Position numbers and translations under genes: made by a program. Below are positions 35,982-45,665 of a stretch of 47,126 nucleotides of DNA, one piece after another (the stretch's first letter is position 1; every line of letters starts with the position of its first letter). The notes under the pieces are model-generated. The model did no database searches, was not told the DNA's origin, and saw nothing but the letters and a program-made list of their open reading frames with translations. The stretch is from an uncultured Muribaculaceae bacterium (lineage in GTDB: Bacteria; Bacillota_I; Bacilli_A; RF39; UBA660), in contig CAYJEL010000001.1 of NCBI GenBank assembly GCA_964369245.1, positions 1-47,126 on the forward strand, in the 5' to 3' direction.

Positions 35982-37148
35982 ATGGGATTTATTAAAGCGT
36001 TTACAGGTTCTTTAGGTGGAACTTTCGCTGATCAATGGAAAGATTTTTATCAACCAAAAGTAGGAATTACAGCTACAACAGCAGTTTTTCCTGCAGTTCC
36101 AAATGGAACAAACAATGGTAGAGGAGAAAATACTAAGGGTTCAGAAAATATTATTTCTAATGGAAGTAAAATCGTTGTACCTGAAGGAACAGCTCTTGTT
36201 ACTATGCAAGATGGAGCGATAACAGGATTTATTGCTGAACCAGGAGGATTTATTTTTAATAGTGAAGATCCTAATTCACAATCGTTTTTTGGTGGTGATG
36301 GAATTATTGCTCCATTATTTAAACAAACTTGGGAAAGATTTAAGTTTGGTGGGCAACCAGGCTCTCAACAATTAGCATTTTATGTTAATTTAAAAGAAAT
36401 TCCAAATAATAGATTTGGAACTCAAGCAGAAATTTATTGGGATGATGCATTTTTAGGTACACAAGCAGGAGCAGTTACTCGTGGGACATATACTTTAAAA
36501 ATTGTTGACCCTATGTTATTTCTTAAACAATTTGTACCAGCACAATATTTAGTAGTTGATGCACCTATGTTTGATTTTGCGGACATGGATAATCCTGCTG
36601 GAACTCAATTGTTTAATGAAGTTGTTGGTAGTTTAGCACCGGCATTTTCTAATTATACTAATGATCCTTCTAAAGGAAATAGAATAGCTAAAATTCAAGG
36701 TGACCAAATTGGATTTGCTGCTTCTTTATCGCAAGCAGTTGAAGATGCTTATAAATGGAAATCAGATCGTGGTTTAGTAATTGAAAAAGTTGCAATTCAA
36801 GCTATAGAGTACGATGAAGTAACTAAAGCAATTTTAGCAGATGTTCAAAAAGCAGATGCTTTAATGGGAGCGAGAGGTAATTCATTTATGCAACAATCAG
36901 TTGCTCGTGGTTTTGAAGCAGCTGGATCAAATCCTAATGGCGGTGGAGCTATGGGAATGGGATTCATGGGAATGGGTATGAATGCTACTGGTGGAGCTAT
37001 GGGAGCTTTTCAACAACCAACGCAACAAGCAGCACCTGCTGAAGATCCATATGCAAAATTAGAAAAAATGAAAAAACTTTTAGATGCTGGAGTTATTACT
37101 CAAGAAGATTTCGATAAAGAAAAAGCAGAGGTTTTAGGTAATATTTAA
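35982..37148 (+). CDS. SPFH-fold protein of the YdjI / 'virion core protein-like' (COG4260) type with Gly/Met-rich linker and C-terminal SHOCT motif
   Basis: The N-terminus MGFIKAFTG… and the central region resemble the YdjI family. GGGAMGMGFMGMGMNATGGAMG is a low-complexity stretch, as in YdjI. The tail LEKMKKLLDAGVITQEDFDKEKAEVL is SHOCT-like. Confidence 0.6.
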   Translation: MGFIKAFTGSLGGTFADQWKDFYQPKVGITATTAVFPAVPNGTNNGRGENTKGSENIISNGSKIVVPEGTALVTMQDGAITGFIAEPGGFIFNSEDPNSQSFFGGDGIIAPLFKQTWERFKFGGQPGSQQLAFYVNLKEIPNNRFGTQAEIYWDDAFLGTQAGAVTRGTYTLKIVDPMLFLKQFVPAQYLVVDAPMFDFADMDNPAGTQLFNEVVGSLAPAFSNYTNDPSKGNRIAKIQGDQIGFAASLSQAVEDAYKWKSDRGLVIEKVAIQAIEYDEVTKAILADVQKADALMGARGNSFMQQSVARGFEAAGSNPNGGGAMGMGFMGMGMNATGGAMGAFQQPTQQAAPAEDPYAKLEKMKKLLDAGVITQEDFDKEKAEVLGNI

Positions 37149-38605
37149 TGAGTAATGATGTAGTTAAAAAAGAAGAAACTACTGTTAATATTAATGAAAA
37201 AAAAATATTGAATAGTCATGAAGGGCTTAAGGATGGTCAAAGTAAATGTCCTAAATGTGGTTCTACTGATATAAAACACAATTTAAAAAATGGTAACTTA
37301 CAATGTAATTTTTGTAGACATAGTTTTAAAGCTGAATTAAGTAATGAAATAGATGATATTTCACAGCTTAAAGGAAAAATTGTAGGTACAGGTGCTAGTG
37401 ATATTGTTGCTGATTCTAAAGATTTAATTACTTTTAAGTGTACTAGTTGTGGTGCAGAGGTTGTAATTGATACAAATGAATCATTACAAGCAAGATGTCA
37501 TTGGTGCCGTAATACTTTATCTATTAACCAACAAATTCCTAATGGTGCAGTACCAGATATGATTTTACCTTTTGGAATAGAAAAAGAAGAAGCTAAAGTA
37601 AATATTGAGCAGTTTGTTAAGAAAAGAAATTTTTATGCTCATCCTAAATTTAAAGCTGAGTTTGAGAGTAATAATGTAATTGGTGTTTATTTACCGTATA
37701 TGGTTGTTGATATTAATGCCAATGCTTCATTTAATGGTAAAGGTGAAATTTTAATCCGAAAATATTCAGTAGGTACAGGTGAAGATAGAAGAACATATTA
37801 TGATGCTGATTTATATGAAGTTAAAAGAGATTTTGATATTACAATTGATGATTTAACAATTGAATCTAACAAAGATAAATTAGATGTTAAAAATAAGTAT
37901 AAAACTACTAATATAATTAATTCTATTTTACCTTTTGATACTGAAAATTGTGTTAAATGGGATGCTAATTATTTAAAAGGATTTAATTCTGAAAAAAGAG
38001 ATGTAAACATTGAACAGTTAGATGGAATTTTAGAAGCACAAAGTATTGATATAGCTAAATTTAAAGCTAATGCTAGTTTAACAAAATATAATCGTGGAGT
38101 TAAGTGGGAAAATCAAAAAATTGATATTACAGGTCAAAAATGGAAAGCTACTTATTTACCTGTTTGGTTATACAGTTATCAAGAAATTAAAGGTAGTAAA
38201 AAAGTTTTACATTATGTAGCTGTGAATGCGCGAACTAAAGAAACTATGGGAAGTGTTCCTGTATATGTACCTAAGTTGGTATTTGTATCAATCTTAGTTG
38301 AAATTATGGGGTTAATAGCTATGTTATTTATTGATTTTGATTATAATTTCATATTTTTAATAGCTGGTTTTGTTTATTACTATGTAATATATGCAGGTTA
38401 TCGTAATGATAGTGCTAGACATATTCATGAATCAGATACTAGAGCAGATATAAAAAATTTGGTTACTTATGATAATTTAATTAAACATCAGAAAGGTTTA
38501 TCAAATTCTAGAATAAGTGGACAAAACAATACTTCATTTGGAAATCGAAATGATAAGTTTAAAGTAATAAGTGATTCGTTTGTTAAAAATGATGATAATG
38601 TTTAA
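37148..38605 (+). CDS. Double zinc-ribbon protein with C-terminal transmembrane hairpin (YdjG-like)
   Basis: CPKCGS…CNFCRH and CTSCGA…CHWCRN ribbons, a central globular region, and hydrophobic helices at about aa 365-410. TAATG start/stop overlap with the SPFH gene. Confidence 0.5.
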   Translation: MSNDVVKKEETTVNINEKKILNSHEGLKDGQSKCPKCGSTDIKHNLKNGNLQCNFCRHSFKAELSNEIDDISQLKGKIVGTGASDIVADSKDLITFKCTSCGAEVVIDTNESLQARCHWCRNTLSINQQIPNGAVPDMILPFGIEKEEAKVNIEQFVKKRNFYAHPKFKAEFESNNVIGVYLPYMVVDINANASFNGKGEILIRKYSVGTGEDRRTYYDADLYEVKRDFDITIDDLTIESNKDKLDVKNKYKTTNIINSILPFDTENCVKWDANYLKGFNSEKRDVNIEQLDGILEAQSIDIAKFKANASLTKYNRGVKWENQKIDITGQKWKATYLPVWLYSYQEIKGSKKVLHYVAVNARTKETMGSVPVYVPKLVFVSILVEIMGLIAMLFIDFDYNFIFLIAGFVYYYVIYAGYRNDSARHIHESDTRADIKNLVTYDNLIKHQKGLSNSRISGQNNTSFGNRNDKFKVISDSFVKNDDNV

Positions 38606-38630
38606 AAGATATTTATTTATCTTTTTTTTT
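38604..38630 (+). terminator. Rho-independent terminator after the zinc-ribbon gene
   Basis: AAGATA-tttatt-TATCTT followed by T7. Confidence 0.55.
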
Positions 38631-38641
38631 ATACTGTAAAG

Positions 38642-38650
38642 TGGTAAAAT
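38642..38650 (+). promoter_or_regulatory. Extended -10 element (TGGTAAAAT) upstream of the first ABC exporter pair
   Basis: TGnTAAAAT 20 nt upstream of the ATG at 38671. Confidence 0.35.
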
Positions 38651-38670
38651 ATATATAGGATGGTAGAAAA

Positions 38671-40314
38671 ATGGAAGATATAAATTTAAGTAAAAAATTG
38701 GTAAAAAGTACTTTATTAAAATCATTAAAAGAAATAATTTTACACTTTATGGCTAATATTTTTTATCGCGGGATTTTCTTACTTATTCCTGTTATAATTG
38801 GTATTATAGTCGATTATGTTAACAGTAATAATTATGAAATGGCAATTAAATATTCAATTATAGGAGTAATTTTAGCGTTTTTTTCTCAGTTTATTTCTGT
38901 TTTCAAAACCTTTACATGGCATTATTTGTATAATAAATTGTTTAGAATTATTACAAATGAAAGTTTAAAAAAAACTTATAGTAATTCTTTATATAGTTTA
39001 TCACGTTTTAATTCTAGTAGTTTTATTAATATTATGAGTAATGATATTAATTTAATTTGTTCGTTTGTTTGCGATGTTATGAGTAGGATTGTATATATTG
39101 TAGAAATTTTCGTTGTAATTGGTTATTTTTATTATTTAAATATTTATATTGGTTTTATTTCAAGTATTGTCTTGATTGTGATTATGTTAATGATTTATTT
39201 TTCAAAAAATAAAAATGAGATGTTAAATTCTAAAAAATTAGCTAAATTAGATGAGAGAAATGGTGTTTTTAATGAGGTTTTGACATGTATGAAAGAAATT
39301 AAATCTTTTAATTTGTTTTTACCTACATTAAATAGGGTTAATGATGCAACTTTTAATTACACTAATTCTTTTGTGGAATTAAAAGATCAAGAATCTTTAA
39401 TTAAAGATATTACAATTTTACTTGTTAATATTCAAAGATGGGTATTGTTATTAGCTGGGTTATTATTAATTACACATGGGAATATGATGTTAGGAACTAT
39501 TGTTGTTATTTATAATTATCACGGTGAATTATTAACTTCGTATTCTGAATTAATTTTGTATTTTCAAAATTTAAAAATTTTTAGTGTTTCAGCTAAAAGA
39601 TTAAGTCGTTTATTGATTTATAGTCACGAAGTAAGTGTACTTAGTAATAAAAAGAAGGTTGATATAAACGGTGATTTAATTTTTAAAAATATTATATATG
39701 GTGATAGAAAAACTCCGTATTTAAATGATGTTAGTTTTGTTTTAAAGAGAGGATTAATAACGGGATTAACTGGGAAAGAAGGCAGTGGTAAAAGTTCGGT
39801 ATTGGATTTGATATTAAAATTAAATTGTCAACATGAAGGTAATATTTGTATAAATAATACTGATATTTATGATATACCTAATTCAGATTATTTTTATTTA
39901 ATATCAACAATTGGCAAAGATCCGATATTTCTTAATTTATCTATAAAGGAAAATTTAAGTGCTAATAGTGAGAATTTTGATGAGATAATTAATGTTTGTC
40001 GAGAATTAGATATTCATAAAGAAATAGTTAATTTACCAAATGGATATGATACTAATTTGAGTGAATGTCGAAATAAGTTATCTACTAGTACAAAAACTAT
40101 GTTAATATTTGCGCGTATTTTAAGTGTTAAATCGAAAATTATTTTAATAGATGAGTCTTTTATTCATTTAAATAAGAAAGAAAAAGATGTTATTATTAAT
40201 AAATTAATTCAATTAAAAGAAAATAAAATTATAATTATTGTTTCAAGTGAAAAAAGTATTTTAAGCAAATGTGATGAAATAATTACTTTTGAAGATGGTA
40301 AAGTTAGGGGGTAA
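38671..40314 (+). CDS. ABC exporter half-transporter (TMD-NBD) with degenerate Q-loop, signature and H-loop
   Basis: About 300 aa of N-terminal TM helices. Walker A GKEGSGKSS and Walker B IILIDES are present, but the Q-loop is IGKDP, the signature is LSTSTK, and the H-loop position reads VSSEKS. Confidence 0.8.
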   Translation: MEDINLSKKLVKSTLLKSLKEIILHFMANIFYRGIFLLIPVIIGIIVDYVNSNNYEMAIKYSIIGVILAFFSQFISVFKTFTWHYLYNKLFRIITNESLKKTYSNSLYSLSRFNSSSFINIMSNDINLICSFVCDVMSRIVYIVEIFVVIGYFYYLNIYIGFISSIVLIVIMLMIYFSKNKNEMLNSKKLAKLDERNGVFNEVLTCMKEIKSFNLFLPTLNRVNDATFNYTNSFVELKDQESLIKDITILLVNIQRWVLLLAGLLLITHGNMMLGTIVVIYNYHGELLTSYSELILYFQNLKIFSVSAKRLSRLLIYSHEVSVLSNKKKVDINGDLIFKNIIYGDRKTPYLNDVSFVLKRGLITGLTGKEGSGKSSVLDLILKLNCQHEGNICINNTDIYDIPNSDYFYLISTIGKDPIFLNLSIKENLSANSENFDEIINVCRELDIHKEIVNLPNGYDTNLSECRNKLSTSTKTMLIFARILSVKSKIILIDESFIHLNKKEKDVIINKLIQLKENKIIIIVSSEKSILSKCDEIITFEDGKVRG

Positions 40315-40319
40315 TTATT

Positions 40320-42011
40320 ATGGAGTTAAAATCAATTAATGATTTAAAAAAATTGGTATTTAAAAAAAATAGATTTATATATTGTGTTAGAATTTTTTGT
40401 ATTACTATAATTATGGCTGTTATGCTTGTTTTACCTTTATTATTTAGTGAGGTTATAGATTTATTGGCAGAAAATAAATATAATGAAGCTATTGTAATTA
40501 TATTGATTGGAATTTTATTGGTGATTATTTATAGAACTTTAGGGTATGTTAAAAATCACTTATGGCATGTATCTTATAAAAATATATATGATTTGTTAAG
40601 TGATATACTAATAAAAAAAACTATGAGTAATTCTTTATTTTCTTTATCACGATTTAGTGTTGGGGAATATATTAATTTAATGCATACAGACTTGAATATA
40701 ATTTGTAATAATACTTGTAATATTTTTTATAAAGTTTTATCTTTTTTAAGTCAAGTATTTGTTTTATTGTATTTTTTCTTAATTGACTTTTATGTTGGAG
40801 TTATTGGGGTAATCTCCATTACTTTATTGTTATTGGTGATGTTTTTCACTCAAAAGCATATTTTAAAAGTAAACTTGGTTAAATCTAAAAATGATGATTA
40901 TAAAAATAATTTGTTGGATGAGTTTTTAATTAATATTAAAGAAATAAAATCTAATAATGTGTTTAATTTAACATATAATAGAACTAAAAAAGCAACTAAA
41001 AAGTATTTAGGTTCTTTTATGAAACAGAGAGTTATTGAAGATTTTTATAAACATTTGATGTTATTTATGATTGAGTTATTTAGATGGGGATTAATGATGT
41101 TTGGAATTTATTTAATTTCTGTTGGAGAGATGACCATAGGAACAATTTTAATAATTTATAATTATTATGCACAATTAATTGCTGGTAGTACTGAGCTTGT
41201 TATGTTGAGTAGGGAATTACTTCGTAGAAAAGTTGCCTATGAAAGAATTTTTAAACTATTTGAATATAGTAATGAATACAATTATAATCGTAAACATTCT
41301 GATTTAATTGTAAGTGGTACTATTTGTTTTAAAGATGTTTTATATGGTTATAAAGATGATCCAATGTTAAATGAATTTTCAATTGAGCTAAAATCTAAAA
41401 AAGTTTATGGTATTGTTGGCAAAGCTGGTAGTGGTAAATCGGCTATATTTCACTTGTTATTGAAATTAAATCGTCAACACCAAGGAACGGTAACAATTGA
41501 TGATATAGATATAAATGATTATATTTTAAGTGATTATTTAAAGTTGATGTATATTATTAGAGAGGAATCTAATTATTTAAATCTTAGTTTTCGAGATATT
41601 ATTAAAGATTCTCATGTTAAGTTTAGTAAAGTTGTTGAAAATTGTAAGTTGTTGAGTATTCATGATAAAATTACAAAATTTACTGATGGTTATGATTCTA
41701 TTTTAAATGATTGTAATTTAAATCAAAGTGAGAAGGTTTTATTTAGTTTTGCCATTGCGTTTGCTTCTAAAGCAAGTATATATTTAATTGATATGGCTAT
41801 TGATATTTTTGATTATGATATTAAGATGGTTTTATTAGATAAAATTGTTGCTTTGAAGGAAGAAAAAAATATTATTATAATTACTAAGTCAGCGGATGTT
41901 TTAGAAAAAACTGACGATGTTATTTTTATGGAAAGTGGAAAAATAAAGTATTTTGATAATCACGATAATTTAATTGGAAATAAAGAGTATAATAGTATTA
42001 TCAATTTTTAA
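40320..42011 (+). CDS. ABC exporter half-transporter (TMD-NBD) with degenerate Q-loop, signature, Walker B and H-loop
   Basis: Walker A GKAGSGKSA is present, but the Q-loop is IREES, the signature is LNQSEK, Walker B is IYLIDMA (no catalytic Glu), and the H-loop position reads ITKSAD. Confidence 0.8.
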   Translation: MELKSINDLKKLVFKKNRFIYCVRIFCITIIMAVMLVLPLLFSEVIDLLAENKYNEAIVIILIGILLVIIYRTLGYVKNHLWHVSYKNIYDLLSDILIKKTMSNSLFSLSRFSVGEYINLMHTDLNIICNNTCNIFYKVLSFLSQVFVLLYFFLIDFYVGVIGVISITLLLLVMFFTQKHILKVNLVKSKNDDYKNNLLDEFLINIKEIKSNNVFNLTYNRTKKATKKYLGSFMKQRVIEDFYKHLMLFMIELFRWGLMMFGIYLISVGEMTIGTILIIYNYYAQLIAGSTELVMLSRELLRRKVAYERIFKLFEYSNEYNYNRKHSDLIVSGTICFKDVLYGYKDDPMLNEFSIELKSKKVYGIVGKAGSGKSAIFHLLLKLNRQHQGTVTIDDIDINDYILSDYLKLMYIIREESNYLNLSFRDIIKDSHVKFSKVVENCKLLSIHDKITKFTDGYDSILNDCNLNQSEKVLFSFAIAFASKASIYLIDMAIDIFDYDIKMVLLDKIVALKEEKNIIIITKSADVLEKTDDVIFMESGKIKYFDNHDNLIGNKEYNSIINF

Positions 42012-42082
42012 TGAAAATTTGGTGAAAGTATATTATTTTAGTTTGGTGTTGTGGTATCATTATTTATTGAAAGGAAAGATTT

Positions 42083-43831
42083 ATGTTTAAATTATTAAAA
42101 AGAATATCTAAAAAAGAATTGTTAATGATTATTCCTGTTATAGTTTTTGTAGTAGTTCAGGTTTGGTTAGATTTAAAATTACCTGATTTTATGTCTGAGA
42201 TGACTGCTGTTTTACAAACTCCTAATAGTAGTGTTAGTGATATACTAGAGCCAGGATTTTATATGTTATTATGTGCTTTGGGTAGTTTTGCAGCTGCAGT
42301 TATTACTGGTTATTTTGTTGCTTATATAGCGGCTTCATTTTCTCAAAGACAAAGAAAAGATTTATTTTATAGAGTAGAAGATTTAGGAATGGAAGAGATT
42401 AAGAAATTTTCTGTTAGTAGTTTAATTGTTAGAACTGGTAATGATATTTTAAATGTTCAACGATTTGTTGCAATGGGTTTACAGGTTATAATAAAAGCTC
42501 CTATTTTATCAATGTGGGCAGTTACTAAGATTGCTGGTAAAAGCATGACATGGTCTTCATATACTGGAATAGCAGTTTTAATTTTATTAGTAGTAGTTAT
42601 TATTCTGGTTGTATCTGTTTTACCAAAAACTAAAGTAATTCAAAAATTAACTGATAAATTAAATGGTGTTACTCGTGAAAATATTACTGGTATTAGAGTT
42701 ATAAAAGCTTTTAATGCTAAGGAGTATCAAGAAAATAAATTTGAGGAAAGTAATGAAAGTGTTACTAAAACTAATATATTTATAAATAAAGCTATGGCTG
42801 TTTTAATGCCGTTTATGACTTTAATTATGTCATCTTTGTCACTTGTTATTTATGTTACGGGAGCATTTATTATAAATGAAGCTATTATGGCTGATAGGCT
42901 TGTAATTTTTACTGATATGATTGTATTTTCTTCATATGCAGTTCAAGTAATTATGGCTTTTATGATGTTGGTAATAATAATAATTATATACCCAAGAGCT
43001 TCTGTTTCTGCATCAAGAATTAATGAAGTTTTAAGTACTGAGCCAAGAATAAAAAGTGGTAAGTATATAGATGATAAAAATTTAGGTACTATTGAATTTA
43101 GGAATGTTTTATTTAAATATCCTGATGCTGATGAGGCAATGTTAGAAAATATTAATTTTAAAGTTTTAAAAGGTGAAACTATTGCCTTTATTGGAGGTAC
43201 TGCTTCTGGTAAATCAACTTTAATTAATTTAATTCCAAGATTTTATGATGTTACAAAAGGTGAAATTTTAATTAATGATGTAAATGTTAAAAAATATGAT
43301 TTAGAAAGTTTATATAGTAAAATTGGATATGTACCACAAAGTTCAGTTATATTTAAAGGAACAATAAAATCAAATGTTGATTATGGTAGTGATATGATTA
43401 GTGAAAAAGATATTATTGAAGCTTTAGAAGTTGCTCAAGCTACTAATTTTGTTAGTAAAATGGAAGAGGGAATTAATTCTGAATTAGCTAGTAGAGGTAC
43501 TAATATTTCAGGAGGGCAGAAACAAAGGGTTTCTATTGCTAGAGCAGTTGCTCGCAAACCGGAGTTTTTTATTTTTGATGATTCATTTTCAGCTTTAGAT
43601 TATAAAACTGATTCGGTTTTAAGAAAAGCTTTAAAAACTTATACAAAAGATACGACAACTTTAATTGTAGGTCAAAGAGTTGGAACTATTATGCATGCTG
43701 ATAAAATTGTTGTACTTGATGAGGGTAAAATTATTGGAATTGGCACTCATAAAGAGTTACTTAAAAACTGTGATATATATAAAGAGATAGCTTTATCACA
43801 ATTATCAGAAAAGGAGCTTGAAAATGAATAG
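42083..43831 (+). CDS. Heterodimeric ABC multidrug-type exporter subunit carrying the degenerate site (BmrC/LmrC/YheI-like)
   Basis: GGTASGKST, VPQSSVIF, ISGGQKQRVSIARA, Walker B FIFDDS (Asp in place of the catalytic Glu), and IVGQRV in place of the H-loop His. Confidence 0.88.
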   Translation: MFKLLKRISKKELLMIIPVIVFVVVQVWLDLKLPDFMSEMTAVLQTPNSSVSDILEPGFYMLLCALGSFAAAVITGYFVAYIAASFSQRQRKDLFYRVEDLGMEEIKKFSVSSLIVRTGNDILNVQRFVAMGLQVIIKAPILSMWAVTKIAGKSMTWSSYTGIAVLILLVVVIILVVSVLPKTKVIQKLTDKLNGVTRENITGIRVIKAFNAKEYQENKFEESNESVTKTNIFINKAMAVLMPFMTLIMSSLSLVIYVTGAFIINEAIMADRLVIFTDMIVFSSYAVQVIMAFMMLVIIIIIYPRASVSASRINEVLSTEPRIKSGKYIDDKNLGTIEFRNVLFKYPDADEAMLENINFKVLKGETIAFIGGTASGKSTLINLIPRFYDVTKGEILINDVNVKKYDLESLYSKIGYVPQSSVIFKGTIKSNVDYGSDMISEKDIIEALEVAQATNFVSKMEEGINSELASRGTNISGGQKQRVSIARAVARKPEFFIFDDSFSALDYKTDSVLRKALKTYTKDTTTLIVGQRVGTIMHADKIVVLDEGKIIGIGTHKELLKNCDIYKEIALSQLSEKELENE

Positions 43832-45608
43832 AGGACCTGGAGCACCACAGGGTGTTGGTGAAAAACCTAAAGATTTTAAAAAATCTTTGAGAAAATTATT
43901 TTCTAGTATGGGCAAATATAAAGTAATACTTATTATTTCAATTATATTTGCTATAGCTGGTTCTATTTTGACTATAATTGGACCTAATCAAATTACAAAA
44001 ATAACTGACACTATAACTAGTGGTTTAATGACTGGTATTGATACAGATTATGTTTTAGAAATTGGTATAATTTTAATTATTATATATAGTTTAAGTTTTA
44101 TTTTTTCAACTATTCAAGGATTTATAACTGCCTCAGTTACACAAAAATATAGTCAGGATTTAAGAAGTAAAATTGTTAAAAAATTAAATAGGTTACCTTT
44201 AAAATATTTTGATAAAAACACGACTGGTGATATTTTATCACGTGTATCAAATGATGTGGATGTTGTATCACAATCTTTGAATCAAAGTATTGGTAGTTTA
44301 GTTTCAGCTATTGCTTTATTTATAGGTGTTACTGTTATGATGTTTTTAACTAATATTATAATGACTATTACTGCTATTGTTGCAAGTTTAATTGGTTTTA
44401 GTCTTGTTGGTATTATTTTAGGAAAATCTCAAAAGTATTTTTCTAGACAACAAGAAGAATTAGGTTTATTAAATGGTCATATTGAAGAAATTTATTCTTC
44501 TCATAATGTTGTTAAAATATATAATGCTACTGATGAAGCAAAAGAAAATTTTGATAAATATAATGACCAGTTATTTGAAAGTTCATTTAAGAGTCAATTT
44601 TTATCTGGATTAATGATGCCATTAATGATGTTTATTGGTAATTTTGGATATACTGCTGTTACAGTTGTAGGAGCATATCTTACTTTTGAGGGTCATATAA
44701 CTATAGGTGTAATTGTTGCTTATATGATTTATATAAGATTGTTTACACAACCTTTATCTACTATTGCACAGTCATTAAATAGTTTACAATCTGCTACAGC
44801 GGCATCAGAAAGAATATTTAAATTTTTAGACGAAAAAGAATTAGCTAATGAAGATGATAAAAAAGATGTTCTAGAAGTTAGTGAAGGTCATATTGAATTT
44901 AAAAATGTTAAATTTGGATATTCTAAGAATAAGGAAATTATTCATGATTTTTCTTTAAAAGTTAGTAAGGGTCAAAAAGTAGCTATTGTTGGACCTACTG
45001 GAGCAGGTAAAACTACATTAGTTAATTTATTAATGAGGTTTTATGAAATTAATTCTGGTAGTATTTTAATTGATGGCGTTGATATTAAAAATCTCGTTAG
45101 AGAAAATGTTTATGATTTATTTTGTATGGTTCTTCAAGATACTTGGTTATTTGAAGGAACTATAATGGAAAATATAAAATTTAATCAACTAAATGTTAGT
45201 GATAAAAGAGTAAAAGAAGTGTGCACTAGCATAGGTATTGATCATTTAATTAAAGCTTTACCAAATGGATATGACACTGTATTAAGTGACGCTGAAAGTT
45301 TATCTTCTGGTGAAAAACAGTTATTAACAATTGCTAGAGGAATGTTGCAAGTAACTCCATTTTTAATTTTGGATGAAGCTACTAGTAATGTTGATACTAG
45401 AACTGAAAAAATTGTTCAAAAAGCTATGGATAAATTATCAGAAGGTAAAACTTCATTTATAATTGCTCATAGATTATCTACTATTAAAAATGCTGATATT
45501 ATTTTAGTTTTAAAAGATGGAAATATTGTTGAACAGGGAAATCATGATGAATTATTAAAAGCTAAAGGTTTTTATAGTGAATTATATAATTCGCAATTTG
45601 AAGTATAA
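43824..45608 (+). CDS. Heterodimeric ABC multidrug-type exporter subunit carrying the consensus site (BmrD/LmrD/YheH-like)
   Basis: GPTGAGKTT, VLQDTWLF, LSSGEKQ (non-canonical signature that pairs with the partner's degenerate site), LILDEATS and IIAHRLS. ATG 7 nt after AAGGAG, overlapping the upstream stop. Confidence 0.9.
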   Translation: MNRGPGAPQGVGEKPKDFKKSLRKLFSSMGKYKVILIISIIFAIAGSILTIIGPNQITKITDTITSGLMTGIDTDYVLEIGIILIIIYSLSFIFSTIQGFITASVTQKYSQDLRSKIVKKLNRLPLKYFDKNTTGDILSRVSNDVDVVSQSLNQSIGSLVSAIALFIGVTVMMFLTNIIMTITAIVASLIGFSLVGIILGKSQKYFSRQQEELGLLNGHIEEIYSSHNVVKIYNATDEAKENFDKYNDQLFESSFKSQFLSGLMMPLMMFIGNFGYTAVTVVGAYLTFEGHITIGVIVAYMIYIRLFTQPLSTIAQSLNSLQSATAASERIFKFLDEKELANEDDKKDVLEVSEGHIEFKNVKFGYSKNKEIIHDFSLKVSKGQKVAIVGPTGAGKTTLVNLLMRFYEINSGSILIDGVDIKNLVRENVYDLFCMVLQDTWLFEGTIMENIKFNQLNVSDKRVKEVCTSIGIDHLIKALPNGYDTVLSDAESLSSGEKQLLTIARGMLQVTPFLILDEATSNVDTRTEKIVQKAMDKLSEGKTSFIIAHRLSTIKNADIILVLKDGNIVEQGNHDELLKAKGFYSELYNSQFEV

Positions 45609-45640
45609 AATATTGAGAAATCAATATTTTTTTTAAAAAA

Positions 45641-45662
45641 AACACACCATAATTGGTGTGTT
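45641..45662. terminator. Hairpin AACACACCA-taat-TGGTGTGTT between convergent genes, flanked by T8A8
   Basis: Direct read. A T run follows the hairpin on the minus-strand transcript. On the + strand the T run precedes it. Confidence 0.65.
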
Positions 45663-45665
45663 AAA

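Noticed and set aside
35982-38605. Prophage or virion-gene origin of the 'virion core protein-like' SPFH gene
   Set aside because: There are no integrase, capsid, tail, terminase or lysis genes and no att-like repeats nearby. The name is a historical annotation label for a cellular SPFH family (YdjI-like).
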